Origin: a virus
Lineage: Duplodnaviria > Caudoviricetes
IMG/VR virus record: IMGVR_UViG_3300011989_000257
Span: 256,001 to 320,000 of that record
Direction: 5' to 3' (one strand)
Length of the DNA: 64,000 nt
The translations under genes and the position numbers were made by a program. Below are positions 20,263 to 30,432 of this stretch, piece after piece (position 1 is the stretch's first letter; each line of letters opens with the position of its first letter). The notes under the pieces were generated by a model, which saw nothing but the letters and a program-made list of their open reading frames with translations, had not been told where the DNA came from and did not search any database.

Positions 20263-20568
20263 TGGACCTGGTGGGATTCGAACCCACGTCCAAACTACCA
20301 TCCCATAAGAGATTATACAAGCTTAAAAATTGGGGGATGACTGAATCAACCCTCTCCACCACCTCATTTTGAGAAAACGAGGAAAACAAAGTTACTAGGA
20401 TGTTCTGTTCCTAAGAGCCTAGTCTCTCGGCTCACGCTTAGGCTGCGATAGCCATTGCATAAGCAGGAGAATCGATGTTCTCGCCGTTTATATTTTTTCG
20501 CTATTTCTAGTGTATGCCCACTGCTTGTCTCTTACCAAATGCATAGCTGTCTATTCCATTTCAAGCCC
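20263..20568 (-). ncRNA. ssrA: tmRNA
   Basis: 5' GGGCTTG pairs with 3' CAGGTCC-A (G3:U), T arm; tag frame 20485-20438 reads GENIDSPAYAMAIAA-stop. Confidence 0.92.
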
Positions 20569-20579
20569 ATTATGTTTTG

Positions 20580-20654
20580 TGTTGATGAAGGGACTTGAAC
20601 CCCTGACCCCTACGGTATCAGCGTAGTGCTCTAAGCCTACTGAGCTACATCAAC
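20580..20654 (-). tRNA. tRNA-Ile(GAT)
   Basis: CTACG-CTGATAC-CGTAG. Confidence 0.88.
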
Positions 20655-20795
20655 ATTAAAAAAGCTAGTTTGTGGATTTCCGATTCTTCACCACACAAGT
20701 TTCTCTGAACCTCCTAATATTCTATGTGTTCGTTATAGGAACAACGCTACTGTATACGCTTGCCAATTTATATATCGTACTACGGAACTAGCTTA

Positions 20796-21017
20796 TTATA
20801 AATATACAATTTTAGAATTTTCTTCAAATTCTTCCATTGTTCCATCGAATCTATACCAATGTGATGAACTATCGCCTCTAGTAAAATACACTTTTACTGC
20901 ACTTATTCCGTTTTCTTTATAGGAATAAATATCAGTTATTAAATTTCGTTTAATTCGTGTTATATTACCATCTTTAAATCTAATTTCCAAAAATGGTTCA
21001 GAATAATCGTAATTCAT
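20796..21017 (-). CDS. hypothetical protein
   Basis: ORF coupled to upstream gene. Confidence 0.6.
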   Translation of the reverse strand: MNYDYSEPFLEIRFKDGNITRIKRNLITDIYSYKENGISAVKVYFTRGDSSSHWYRFDGTMEEFEENSKIVYL

Positions 21018-21574
21018 ACGTCTTGAAATGCTTCAATAAAATGTTTCAAAATAACTGCATTCTCGGCAACACATGTTGGTACTGAGGCTGCTAAAGCCTC
21101 TTCATCGCCTTTAAGAATCATTTGTCTTACCTTTGTAGCTGACAAATTATTATGGATTGCCCCTCTAGCATTTAACTTAAAAGAAACAAAGTCCCTTGTA
21201 ATGAATGGAGGAAACCACTGCATAATTATCTCAAAGCCATCTGAATAATAAATGGTAAATTCAGGTGATTTTGTTATTCCTACAATATGACTATAAAGAT
21301 AAAATCCCCAATCATGAGAATTATCTGATTCATCTGTAAGGTCATTAAGTGGCATTATTTTAATTTTATTAGCATCATCACCAAACTCTTCAGATATTGC
21401 TTTCTTCGCCAAATCCAAACGCATTGCGATAGGAATTGGATTACGTTTGTTCAATTTATCTGCTGAACCAACAAGTATAAGAACCTCATCGTTTTCATTA
21501 ACTGCTTGTCTAACCAACTCAAGATGACCCTTGTGTATTGGCTGAAGCCTTGCTATAATTACACCTACTGCCAT
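21014..21574 (-). CDS. nicotinamide/nicotinate mononucleotide adenylyltransferase (NadM-like)
   Basis: ARLQPIHKGH, GSAD...RNP, SATKVR motifs. Confidence 0.85.
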   Translation of the reverse strand: MAVGVIIARLQPIHKGHLELVRQAVNENDEVLILVGSADKLNKRNPIPIAMRLDLAKKAISEEFGDDANKIKIMPLNDLTDESDNSHDWGFYLYSHIVGITKSPEFTIYYSDGFEIIMQWFPPFITRDFVSFKLNARGAIHNNLSATKVRQMILKGDEEALAASVPTCVAENAVILKHFIEAFQDV

Positions 21575-21604
21575 TATAATTCTTTTCTAAAAGTTAAAAA
21601 AATC

Positions 21605-21738
21605 GGAAACGTTTTTAATATTTTAAGTTGCTCTAAACCAGACTGAGCTACAAGAAGTTTACACCCCTCGATGGGATTCGAACCCATGACCCACTGCTTA
21701 CAAAGCTTATCAGAAAATAGCTGTTGCTGTCTGTTTCC
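21605..21738 (-). ncRNA. CAGCAA-stem RNA 3 (cargo: circularly permuted tRNA opened at anticodon)
   Basis: Order: T arm, acceptor closed by GTAA loop, D arm; enclosed by GGAAAC/GTTTCC. Confidence 0.8.
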
Positions 21739-21741
21739 TTG

Positions 21742-21830
21742 GTGCTTGTGGAGAGGATTTGAACCTTCTGTTTCAGTTCGGCTGTTGTCAGCCTCTATCT
21801 GCGTTTGTACCCATTAAACTTCTCAAGCAT
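21742..21830 (-). ncRNA. tRNA-like RNA with extended anticodon arm
   Basis: Acceptor GCTTG/CAAGC, D arm, GGCTG-ACAA-CAGCC hairpin, T loop TTCAAAT. Confidence 0.55.
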
Positions 21831-22438
21831 ATTCGCACTCTGTACCCATAATCACTTACAAGCCATCGAGCACTTGTCTTGCATTATCGTTGTTAAGACC
21901 AATATACGCCATTCTTTACCTAAAGTATGGTTACGGATGGAAGCACACCTTAATTAATACTATGAAGCTATTTTACTATGAAAAACACATTTTCCTCTAC
22001 TTCCATTTAGAGAACTAAGATAGTTTGTTTTAAGTGTTATTCTACCTCTCAACAAGACCCGAAGGTTTCTTATGACACGACGTTCGTTAATATCAATGAT
22101 TCCTACTATTACGGTTCTCTTGTCCCACTATTTTTGTCCCTATCGGTTAAAATATTTGCAAGCAAACCAACCACCAACGAGACCAACAATCAATTCAATC
22201 ATAATTATTATAGTTTAAAAGTTTAACAATGCAAAGATATATAAAAAAATTGAGATAACCAAATTTTTTAATAATTTTTTGCTAATCATCATACGGATTT
22301 GTTTCAGACTCCAACATGACCAATTCTTGAGTTACATGTGAAAGTTCTAACTTCCTAGCATTTAACCATTCATTCAATGTCCGTATCTCGTTTAACAAAT
22401 TTCCCCTCTTTTTTTGAAGGGAAGAGATTTTTTTCATA

Positions 22439-23056
22439 TTATCCATCTATGCTAATCTTAGATTCTGCCAAAAGTTCTTCGTTCAATTTGTCAAGTTCTG
22501 CCTCTTCACTCTCGTCATATGTAAAATTACGATATTTTTTCTTCTTGATGCTGCAACGTCTCACACATTTCTTGGTGTTATTTTTACTGTCTATGACTGC
22601 ATCCTCTCCGAATTCAACTGAGTTTCTACCATTGCCCCAACGGAACTGAAGCCAACCATCATATTCGCCAACGTCCCATTTGTAACCTTCTGGTACTTCC
22701 CCCTCTTTTCTGAAGAATCTGTCTTTGACCTTTCTTATATCTTCATTCTTGCTAACATACTTAAGTTGGTCATGTCCCCACTTTACAACTCTCTCTTCAT
22801 CAAAGTCTAGAATGACATAACCCCAAAGAGCTTCATCCAAATATGACTCACCCCACTCATGATAATAAGTGCTTCTTCCAGTACGCCAATCGTATCTAGA
22901 TAGTTTCTTCGGACTTGGTGTATCAGCATAGAATTCCTCTAGAAGCTGAGCCTCTTCCATCGCTTCAGCAAGCGTATCGTACTCAGTCTTATCTTCGTGA
23001 AATTCTCTTTTGCCCCATTTCTCGAATATCACCATATATCTTTTTGTATGCTTCAT
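22439..23056 (-). CDS. hypothetical protein
   Basis: 205 aa ORF. Confidence 0.7.
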   Translation of the reverse strand: MKHTKRYMVIFEKWGKREFHEDKTEYDTLAEAMEEAQLLEEFYADTPSPKKLSRYDWRTGRSTYYHEWGESYLDEALWGYVILDFDEERVVKWGHDQLKYVSKNEDIRKVKDRFFRKEGEVPEGYKWDVGEYDGWLQFRWGNGRNSVEFGEDAVIDSKNNTKKCVRRCSIKKKKYRNFTYDESEEAELDKLNEELLAESKISIDG

Positions 23057-23643
23057 TTCTTCTTCTTCTTTTTAACCTTTCTAAAAGATTCCTTTGGGTC
23101 AAATCCATGAGATATGATTTTTATCTCATTATCAACAGTACTATAACCTTTAGTGTTACCGAATACTTCAGTGTATACCTTCTCCTTAGTTCTAGCAATG
23201 CCTTTGATTGGAGTAGCAGACATGAATAATGCATCAAGAATTTTATTAAGTGCCTTTATAAAATTCTCTTTCATTGACATGTCACCAATACATATATCCC
23301 AAGGTCTTGCATCGAAGCCAATCTTAACATCATTACAAGATATAGGATAACTAATTTTATAATACTTGGTATTTAGATATACGCATATCTGATGAAATTG
23401 TATTGAGACACTAAGCGGAGTTTCCTCCTCATACTTTACCTTTTGTATTGACTCATAATAGAATCCTAATGGTGATTCTTTAACCACATCTTCAGTTTTC
23501 TCCTTTATTTCGGTAATAGACATTCCTTTTGGATATACTCTATCGCAAAATGTAGACCAAGCAACTCTGAACTTGCCATCAGCTCCACTAACGCCACCGT
23601 ATGTTATCTTAATATGGTTTTTGTCAAATATTGTTGTTTCCAT
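23053..23643 (-). CDS. hypothetical phage protein (C-terminal HGFDxKxSFR motif)
   Basis: 196 aa ORF. Confidence 0.7.
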   Translation of the reverse strand: METTIFDKNHIKITYGGVSGADGKFRVAWSTFCDRVYPKGMSITEIKEKTEDVVKESPLGFYYESIQKVKYEEETPLSVSIQFHQICVYLNTKYYKISYPISCNDVKIGFDARPWDICIGDMSMKENFIKALNKILDALFMSATPIKGIARTKEKVYTEVFGNTKGYSTVDNEIKIISHGFDPKESFRKVKKKKKK

Positions 23644-23645
23644 AT

Positions 23646-23846
23646 TTAATTTTTTCTAATGAATTCCATAACAAAAACTATCGGCCAAAATGCGCACATT
23701 ATTAGCATGTACAAGCATGCAATACTAGAAATCGCATCATTACCAACAATATTATAGTCTTCCTTGTATTTTTTATGAAACCAATAGAGAGCCAATATTA
23801 CTCCTATTGTGACATATATGATTCCACAAATTATTCCAATATCCAT
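23646..23846 (-). CDS. small membrane protein
   Basis: Two TM segments. Confidence 0.65.
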   Translation of the reverse strand: MDIGIICGIIYVTIGVILALYWFHKKYKEDYNIVGNDAISSIACLYMLIMCAFWPIVFVMEFIRKN

Positions 23847-23971
23847 ATCTTTTTTTTATAAAGGTAGGCTTCCTTTACCTACCATGACTGTTAATGGTTT
23901 TTGCTAGTTCAAGGTACTAGTAGACCAAGCGCAGAGCACAGTTTCACCATAAACTCCGAAAAGGATTATTG

Positions 23972-24057
23972 CTCGCAGGGTGCGATTCGAACACACGGTA
24001 GCGCAAAGCTACGGCAGTTTTGGAGACTGCTGGGTTAAACCACTCCCCCACCTGCGA
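23972..24057 (-). tRNA. tRNA-Trp(CCA) with long variable arm
   Basis: GCAGT-CTCCAAA-ACTGC; variable stem GTAGC/GCTAC; G73. Confidence 0.8.
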
Positions 24058-24065
24058 ATTTATCT

Positions 24066-24728
24066 TTATCTATATTTAAAGCCATTTTTCTCACAACTTG
24101 CCATAAATTCATCAACATTGCCCATTGATATGTCTATTGGCTTTGAATTGTACTCTTTCTCAAGTTCCTTATCTATTTCATTAGCGTCCTCTTGTCCAAA
24201 CTCCCTTGTTTTTGTATCTACAGCCTTAATAATATTTGGTATTCTATAATCGCCATACATAATCTTAATCATATTTGAATAATGTTCTGCAAGGCAAGGC
24301 TCACTGCACGTTACAAACAATGGTTTTGTTGACTCCAAACCACGCTCAATATCATAACAATCTGGAATCTTCACATGATACCTATTCTTAGCAATACCGA
24401 CAATGGTTATTTTCTCACCATATTTCTCAAGTATTGCTTCTTGAAGATGAGCGCCTAGTCCCTTAGTTAAAGTTTTGCCATCCTCAGAGAGCCATACAAA
24501 TCCATCAACTATTATTAATGTGATGTCTTTAATAGGCAATAATTCCAAACATTGCATTATACAAGGCAACTCACGTTTATATAATTCCCCTGATTTATAC
24601 TCGGCATCTATACATGTCCTTCTACTAGTGGCAAAATAAGAAGTTTCTTTGTCATTCCATGATTTAAACACTCCAGCCACAGTATAGGAATAACCATTAT
24701 AATAATATGTATCAAACGCAACTATCAT
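24066..24728 (-). CDS. endonuclease V-like protein
   Basis: AFDTYY, YKSGELYKRELP, IIVDG, GLGAH, GIAK motifs. Confidence 0.8.
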   Translation of the reverse strand: MIVAFDTYYYNGYSYTVAGVFKSWNDKETSYFATSRRTCIDAEYKSGELYKRELPCIMQCLELLPIKDITLIIVDGFVWLSEDGKTLTKGLGAHLQEAILEKYGEKITIVGIAKNRYHVKIPDCYDIERGLESTKPLFVTCSEPCLAEHYSNMIKIMYGDYRIPNIIKAVDTKTREFGQEDANEIDKELEKEYNSKPIDISMGNVDEFMASCEKNGFKYR

Positions 24729-24729
24729 G

Positions 24730-25170
24730 TTAACTCCAATCTACTATAGCATAAAAATTACCCCTATTACAAACTCTATCAAGAATACAATTGCAATAAC
24801 TCCCCTCATTAAGTCTAACGTAAAAACCAAGCGGAGAGAAATATTTACTGACTATAGTATGAACTTCTCGAAAAGCATCATCTCCAATTTTTTTAGGATG
24901 ATATAGCCTTGGTAACGATATCTCAATCGCTTTGCAATTATAATTCTTATCAATTGCGGATTTTATCTTAGTTTCATATCTAGAAGAAATGTATTCAATA
25001 ATGTTTGATGCAATATTGTTAACATTCTCCTTGTATTTCTCTTCTACAGATTTGCTATAAGTTAAAGCAATATCCTTTGTAAATTTATCTATCTGCATAT
25101 CTAAATGGATAGCCACAATGTTCACACTTAAATACTTCACCATTCTCATCAATCGCCTTTGCAATATCAA
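24730..25170 (-). CDS. hypothetical protein
   Basis: ORF; start uncertain. Confidence 0.55.
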   Translation of the reverse strand: MILQRRLMRMVKYLSVNIVAIHLDMQIDKFTKDIALTYSKSVEEKYKENVNNIASNIIEYISSRYETKIKSAIDKNYNCKAIEISLPRLYHPKKIGDDAFREVHTIVSKYFSPLGFYVRLNEGSYCNCILDRVCNRGNFYAIVDWS

Positions 25171-25286
25171 TTTCTGTATCGCAATTGCACTTTGGACATT
25201 TTACTTTCATATTTATTTCAGTTTTAATTATTCATAATGCAAATATACTAAAAAAAAATGAAATAACCAAAATTTTTAAGAATTTT

Positions 25287-25487
25287 TCACTCTTTATCAT
25301 CACTAAACATTATCATAATAACGGCTAGCCAAGACCCCAACGAGAAAATAATCATATAAAATATATCTTCCCAATCTTCAAATACTTGGCCATATACTTT
25401 ATTCTTAATCTTGAATTCGTAATAGTCATTTGTTCCACACATAAATGCGACCAAACAACCTAATGCATAAAATGTCCAAAAATCCAT
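25287..25487 (-). CDS. small membrane protein (start revised to MDFW)
   Basis: Track extension overlaps a tRNA. Confidence 0.6.
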   Translation of the reverse strand: MDFWTFYALGCLVAFMCGTNDYYEFKIKNKVYGQVFEDWEDIFYMIIFSLGSWLAVIMIMFSDDKE

Positions 25488-25513
25488 AATATCATTCTCC
25501 TTTTGAAAAATAG

Positions 25514-25585
25514 TACCACTAGATGATTTCGAAACATCGACCTTGTGGATATGAGCCACATGCTCTGCCTCTGAGCTATAGTGGT
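25514..25585 (-). tRNA. tRNA-CAT (elongator Met or Ile2)
   Basis: TGTGG-CTCATAT-CCACA. Confidence 0.8.
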
Positions 25586-25591
25586 ATTTAA

Positions 25592-25718
25592 GGGAACAAT
25601 TGAACCAACATTTAGACCCACCCAATTAATTATCTATATTTGCGGGTGGGGTAGGAATCGAACCTACGTTATACAAATTGACAGTTTGCTTTATTTTCGA
25701 AACTTGCTGTGTGTTCCC
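25592..25718 (-). ncRNA. CAGCAA-stem RNA 4 (cargo: permuted tRNA-Asp(GTC), D arm replaced)
   Basis: GCAAA-CTGTCAA-TTTGT, T arm, acceptor CCCACCC/GGGTGGG closed by loop. Confidence 0.8.
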
Positions 25719-25854
25719 ACTAATTAAAACCCAAAGTAACCTTCCCTGATATCGAACCTTTGGCACACCATTACAGACTGATGCGTTCTGTTCTAAGCCC
25801 TTCACCATATAGCACTATGTCTGCACATCTACCATATGACTTCGCCTAGTAGTA

Positions 25855-26631
25855 TCATTGTTGGTAGTATTTCTTTCTACCAGTTCTTCCATTTTTATTA
25901 TGCGACTTGTGCGTTTCTGTCAACGAATGACAATTTGGACACAATACTTGAAGATTCTCTTCTTTGTTATTTGTATAATCACCATCTATGTGATGTATTT
26001 CAAGAGGTATCGTTCCTGTAAATTCGTTTTTCTCTCCCCATCCGCATTTCTCACATTTGTAATTATGCTTCTCTAGGAGATAACGTCTGATATACTTGGA
26101 TAGTCCATATTCACCAGACATACCATTTTCTTCACCATTTTTCCAACGTTCAATATATTGTTTGTATCTGTATTCATTCTGACAATGAGTATCACAAAAT
26201 TCTATTTTATTACCATTTAACTCTTTTCCACAATTTTTACAATATCTTTTTCCACCACCAAATTTATTGTTTAGTGAAATTTTTGAACGAGGTGTAAGTG
26301 GTTTAAATTCACCATTAAAATCTGGATTTTTTTTCTGGAGTGAATGTGATATTTTAATTCTTATTTCTTCAGATAATTCCCTCCTAGAGTTATTGTATTT
26401 AGCAGCACAAGAGCTACTACAGAATTTAGTTTGATGTTTCGTATCTAACTCCTTACCACATTGTAAACAATATTTCTTCTCTTTTACTTTTTTACTCTCT
26501 AACCACTCTTTCCAATCAATACCATCTTCTTCAAGTAATTTCTTACATTTCTCTCTATTTGTGTAATTCGCTTTACCGAATTCTTGCCTAGCAATATCAT
26601 TCAGTGTTTTACAATATTTTAAGTCTTTCAT
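25855..26631 (-). CDS. HNH endonuclease with zinc-ribbon repeats
   Basis: LEIHHIDG..NN...NLQVLCPNCH. Confidence 0.9.
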   Translation of the reverse strand: MKDLKYCKTLNDIARQEFGKANYTNREKCKKLLEEDGIDWKEWLESKKVKEKKYCLQCGKELDTKHQTKFCSSSCAAKYNNSRRELSEEIRIKISHSLQKKNPDFNGEFKPLTPRSKISLNNKFGGGKRYCKNCGKELNGNKIEFCDTHCQNEYRYKQYIERWKNGEENGMSGEYGLSKYIRRYLLEKHNYKCEKCGWGEKNEFTGTIPLEIHHIDGDYTNNKEENLQVLCPNCHSLTETHKSHNKNGRTGRKKYYQQ

Positions 26632-26720
26632 ATGTTATATCCTTTTATTATAAATATAACATAAAAAGCCAAAAAATCAAGTCGAACTATATATTTTTTA
26701 TTTTTTTTTTTTCTGCTATG

Positions 26721-26791
26721 AGGCTCGACTCAGAATCGAACTGAGAACTTCTGGTTACAAAGCAGATATTTTACCATTAAACTATCGAGCC
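26721..26791 (-). tRNA. tRNA-Thr(TGT)
   Basis: Cloverleaf, TTTGTAA loop. Confidence 0.85.
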
Positions 26792-26856
26792 ATTAAAAGG
26801 TGCTTTCAGCCACTCTAGCGATTAATAATATTCTGAGCTAACGATGTATGAGTATG

Positions 26857-27330
26857 CTACTCAAATCCCTTTGGGAACTCTTTCGCATATAATTCTTCTA
26901 CGTATTCAGACCACTTTTTATCAGCGTTAATGTCTTTTTCTTTTTCCTTGATGACTTTATTCCAAAGCTTCTCAAGACGGTCATGACCAAGTGACATAAG
27001 CTTGCAAGCATATTCTGGAGTTATCTTATGAACTCCACAGTGTTTTGCTGAACAACAGCTACCACCACAATACTCACCCTTACCATTATCTTTTGTGCTG
27101 AAAGCATAATGTGGATAGAATATCAACACATCATCTTCAAAACAATTGTACTTTGGGTCATCGTTGAAACGAATGTTTATCTTCTGTACAATTCCTGGAA
27201 GGAAGTTACAAGTCTCTACCCAATCACCGACCTTATAATCAACACGTGACCAATACTCTTTCAAAGTTTCCTCTATCTCTTCTTTTGACCACCTTGACTC
27301 AGAGTTTTTTTCTAACTTACAATTTCCCAT
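26857..27330 (-). CDS. hypothetical protein
   Basis: 157 aa ORF. Confidence 0.7.
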   Translation of the reverse strand: MGNCKLEKNSESRWSKEEIEETLKEYWSRVDYKVGDWVETCNFLPGIVQKINIRFNDDPKYNCFEDDVLIFYPHYAFSTKDNGKGEYCGGSCCSAKHCGVHKITPEYACKLMSLGHDRLEKLWNKVIKEKEKDINADKKWSEYVEELYAKEFPKGFE

Positions 27331-27354
27331 TTCGTAACATTATTTAAAAATTTG

Positions 27355-27436
27355 TGCATCGTGTAGGACTCGAACCCACGTTACCGTTTCCAGTACAGAT
27401 TAAGAGTCTGTTGCATAGCCTCTCTGCCAACGATGC
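27355..27436 (-). tRNA. tRNA-Lys(CTT) with long variable arm
   Basis: ACAGA-CTCTTAA-TCTGT; variable stem ACTG-GAAA-CGGT. Confidence 0.8.
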
Positions 27437-27446
27437 ATATGAACTG

Positions 27447-27521
27447 TACGCCTGGTGGGATTCGAACCCACGTAGTCACAGATTAAAAGTCTGGTGCATA
27501 AAGCCTCTCTGCCACAAGCGC
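27447..27521 (-). tRNA. tRNA-Lys(TTT)
   Basis: CAGA-CTTTTAA-TCTG. Confidence 0.85.
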
Positions 27522-27533
27522 ATTTGTAAATTG

Positions 27534-27605
27534 TGCGCCCAGAGGATTCTGCCACCTCGACTCCTAGTTTAAAAGACTAGTGCTCTACTTCTGAGCTATG
27601 AGCGC
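27534..27605 (-). tRNA. tRNA-Lys(TTT), atypical T loop
   Basis: CTAGT-CTTTTAA-ACTAG. Confidence 0.75.
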
Positions 27606-27919
27606 AATTGTTTATATATTTATGCGCTTACATAGACACGTGCTCTACCACTAAGCTACAAGCGCATTTGTTGTATCCTTTAATAACGCTCGTAGTTCAA
27701 CGGAGTTGACACCTAACAGAGCGTTACATCTGTTTCTTACGTTTTATTACCATCACAGTTTTCATATGTTAAACCCAAAATGTTTTAATATTTTTTCTAA
27801 TTCTATTATAACAGTTCCACTATATTCTGTTTCCGAAATAGTTGATTTGGAACTTGACAACTTTTTTTTGTTTATGTTATACCTTTTTAAGATATAATTC
27901 AAAACCTTATTACTATCCG

Positions 27920-28165
27920 TCATTTAATTTCAATTAATGTATCATTCTCGTTTGCCTTTCTAATCCACCTCATAAGAAGGATTGCTTTTTCTATTGGCTT
28001 AAAGGCTGCTGTTTCACCAACATCTTTCTTGTCACTAAGGTCAATCTCAAGCTGATATTTCTTGTCATCAGTTGATGTGATATGATAAACTGCAATTCCT
28101 CCAGACATGATGTACTGAAGCTGTGCAATACCCTTCACGATTGACTTTATATCTTGTACAACCAT
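27920..28165 (-). CDS. hypothetical protein
   Basis: ORF. Confidence 0.7.
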   Translation of the reverse strand: MVVQDIKSIVKGIAQLQYIMSGGIAVYHITSTDDKKYQLEIDLSDKKDVGETAAFKPIEKAILLMRWIRKANENDTLIEIK

Positions 28166-28473
28166 TATTCTATTTTTTTTAACGTCATTATTTCCCTTAA
28201 GAATCTTTCCCTATTGGATAACTTACTTTCTTTGTATTTCCTCTTCCAAAAGAAGAAAAGATATAAATCAAGTATACCTGCACCTATATTAAACAAAGAT
28301 AATATCCATCTTCCCTCAAGAAATATCAGTGCATACGCATTGATAAACATACCTATTGCAAGTAATAGCCATCCAATGTATCGTCCCCTTCTATTCTCCA
28401 TTATTATCATGGACATGGGCATTCCTATGATTATGAATCCCAAAGAGACCATGTTCAACGTGGAACTAACCAT
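28165..28473 (-). CDS. membrane protein
   Basis: Three TM segments. Confidence 0.65.
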   Translation of the reverse strand: MVSSTLNMVSLGFIIIGMPMSMIIMENRRGRYIGWLLLAIGMFINAYALIFLEGRWILSLFNIGAGILDLYLFFFWKRKYKESKLSNRERFLREIMTLKKIE

Positions 28474-28493
28474 AACATTTTTTTTTTAACTTG

Positions 28494-28584
28494 CGGAGGG
28501 TGAGGGACTTGAACCCCCGCTCCGACTCATCGCCGAACTAGCACGTTAGCAGTGTGCCCCCTTCACCAACTTGGGTAACCCTCC
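28494..28584 (-). tRNA. tRNA-Ser(GCT)
   Basis: Class II cloverleaf, G73. Confidence 0.9.
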
Positions 28585-28710
28585 ATTGTCGATACTTTAC
28601 ATTCCACTATCCCGTACAACTGTAACACCTAGCCTTGATGAATGATACTCAGCATTCGTTGCCTACGGTAACTTCTCTAGGTTGCTGTTCCTAGTGTGTC
28701 CTTCAGTATC

Positions 28711-29190
28711 TTATTCCTTTTCAGATTGCTTTTTCAACTCCAAGCATTTATTCATAAGGTAACTGTAGAGTTTTGGCGTTCTGTTACCTGATACATTAGC
28801 AATCTTAGAATTGAAAATTCCGTCAAACGGAAATACTATCCTCTCATATTTATGGATATTATTTTTTATCCATTCAAAATCATCATCAATTACCTTCTTA
28901 AACTCATCAATATCCTCATCATTCCACCTACCAGTCAAACCTTTATGCTCCTTATTATACCAACGTTGTGTTGTAATAGGGTAGGCGTTATCTAGTCCTC
29001 TTATTAATGCAGACGTTACACTAGGATAATGTTTTCCTTTACCATACTTTAGAGAATACCAAGATTCATCTGATATATCACTTTTACCACTATCCCTGTC
29101 AGTGTTGTCCGTGAATATATACATACTAGTGGCATCACTCGCAACTTCTATACGATTGTAGAATTTATCAGCCCTAACTATCTCCTTCAT
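28711..29190 (-). CDS. hypothetical phage protein
   Basis: YIFTDN...IRGLDNAYPITT motif. Confidence 0.7.
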   Translation of the reverse strand: MKEIVRADKFYNRIEVASDATSMYIFTDNTDRDSGKSDISDESWYSLKYGKGKHYPSVTSALIRGLDNAYPITTQRWYNKEHKGLTGRWNDEDIDEFKKVIDDDFEWIKNNIHKYERIVFPFDGIFNSKIANVSGNRTPKLYSYLMNKCLELKKQSEKE

Positions 29191-29464
29191 TTATTTTCCT
29201 TCTGTATCTTAGTTCTCTTATGTTCTTATAATGTATTTTGTACCTAACATGATGCTGGACAAAATTCTTACCATTACATGTATTATACACCCCACTAAAG
29301 ATGAAATACTCACCTCTAATTTCCATTTCATTTGGATGCATCCAATGGTAATCTTTTGGCTCTTTTCCATTATAAGGCATAACGTACCTAACCTCAATTG
29401 GTTGATTTTCTCTTAACCATTCAAATTGTTTTTTAGTCATTTCATAATAACCGCCACCAACCAT
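29174..29464 (-). CDS. hypothetical protein
   Basis: ORF in run. Confidence 0.6.
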   Translation of the reverse strand: MVGGGYYEMTKKQFEWLRENQPIEVRYVMPYNGKEPKDYHWMHPNEMEIRGEYFIFSGVYNTCNGKNFVQHHVRYKIHYKNIRELRYRRKINEGDS

Positions 29465-29469
29465 ATTTA

Positions 29470-29880
29470 TTATTCCCTTGATGTTGGAAGGGATGCTTTT
29501 CTAATCATTGTTGGAAGAAGTTCTCCAGTCTTGCGAAATCCAAATTTGCTATAGAAATTTTTTAAATCACTAACGGTTTTAAGTGTATCAGTGTCCTCCC
29601 AACGATGCTGAGGTTCACACAGTAGCACAATATTGTATTCCTTAAATATTCTAATAGTATAACGAAGTAACTCAGATGCTATGCCATTCCCAACATAGTG
29701 TGGGCTTGTTTCTACCCTAATAATTTTTGCGATTTTCTCGCCATTACATAAATTTTTATACCTAGGATATTCGCCACAATCAAGTTCGATTGACACTGTA
29801 CTTAACCATTTGTCATCTTTGTCAAAAGCATGAACAAAACGATGGTTTTTATGTCCCCAACATGTGATTCTAAATTCCAT
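29470..29880 (-). CDS. GNAT acetyltransferase
   Basis: VETSPHYVGNGIASELL and FYSKFGF motifs. Confidence 0.8.
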   Translation of the reverse strand: MEFRITCWGHKNHRFVHAFDKDDKWLSTVSIELDCGEYPRYKNLCNGEKIAKIIRVETSPHYVGNGIASELLRYTIRIFKEYNIVLLCEPQHRWEDTDTLKTVSDLKNFYSKFGFRKTGELLPTMIRKASLPTSRE

Positions 29881-29909
29881 CTATTCTCAATTTATGAGTT
29901 AATACTAAG

Positions 29910-29996
29910 CGGAGGCAGAGGGACTCGAACCCCCAAGCCGTTATTAGCGACCAGCTGTTTTCAAGACAGCCCGACTACCAATTATCACATACCTCC
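29910..29996 (-). tRNA. tRNA-Ser(TGA)
   Basis: Class II cloverleaf. Confidence 0.9.
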
Positions 29997-30002
29997 AAAA
30001 AG

Positions 30003-30092
30003 ACACCAACTGTGTACACATACAAGCTGAATCGAACAGTTCCTCAGTCTTCACGACCACGTGCTTCCGTCACACCCCTTGTAAGCTGGTGT
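30003..30092 (-). ncRNA. degenerate tRNA-like RNA with extended terminal stem
   Basis: D arm, GGTC-GTGAA-GACT, T loop TTCGATT, enclosed by ACACCAGC/GTTGGTGT. Confidence 0.5.
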
Positions 30093-30095
30093 TTG

Positions 30096-30168
30096 TGGAC
30101 CATATGGGACTCGAACCCCAATTCCAGCTTGCAAAGCTAGCGTGTTAGCCAATTACACTATACAGCCC
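30096..30168 (-). tRNA. tRNA-Ala(TGC), 8-bp acceptor and short T stem
   Basis: GGGCTGTA/TATGGTCC, G3:U. Confidence 0.7.
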
Positions 30169-30350
30169 AAACAATGCACAGCAGCAGTATCGTTGGCTTA
30201 GTGCTTCCTTACGGCTAGATAAAATGACTGCTACCTTGAACGGACGTATGGCTAACGTTGTGGGTTACTTCGTCCCACTTCACAGTCTAACAACTCTAGT
30301 CACTCATATGTACATCTTTGAGTGTTGTTTGAGACCCACGTCTAGGATTG

Positions 30351-30423
30351 CTGGCCCACTCAGATTCGAACTGAGGCTCGAAGATTAACAGTCTTCCGTG
30401 CTGACCACTATCACTATAGGCCA
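30351..30423 (-). tRNA. tRNA-Asn(GTT)
   Basis: GAAGA-CTGTTAA-TCTTC. Confidence 0.9.
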
Positions 30424-30432
30424 ATTTTTTTG

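Noticed and set aside
25725-25808. Possible tRNA-Tyr remnant
   Set aside because: CTGTAA and GGTTCGAT segments are present but no consistent acceptor or T stem.
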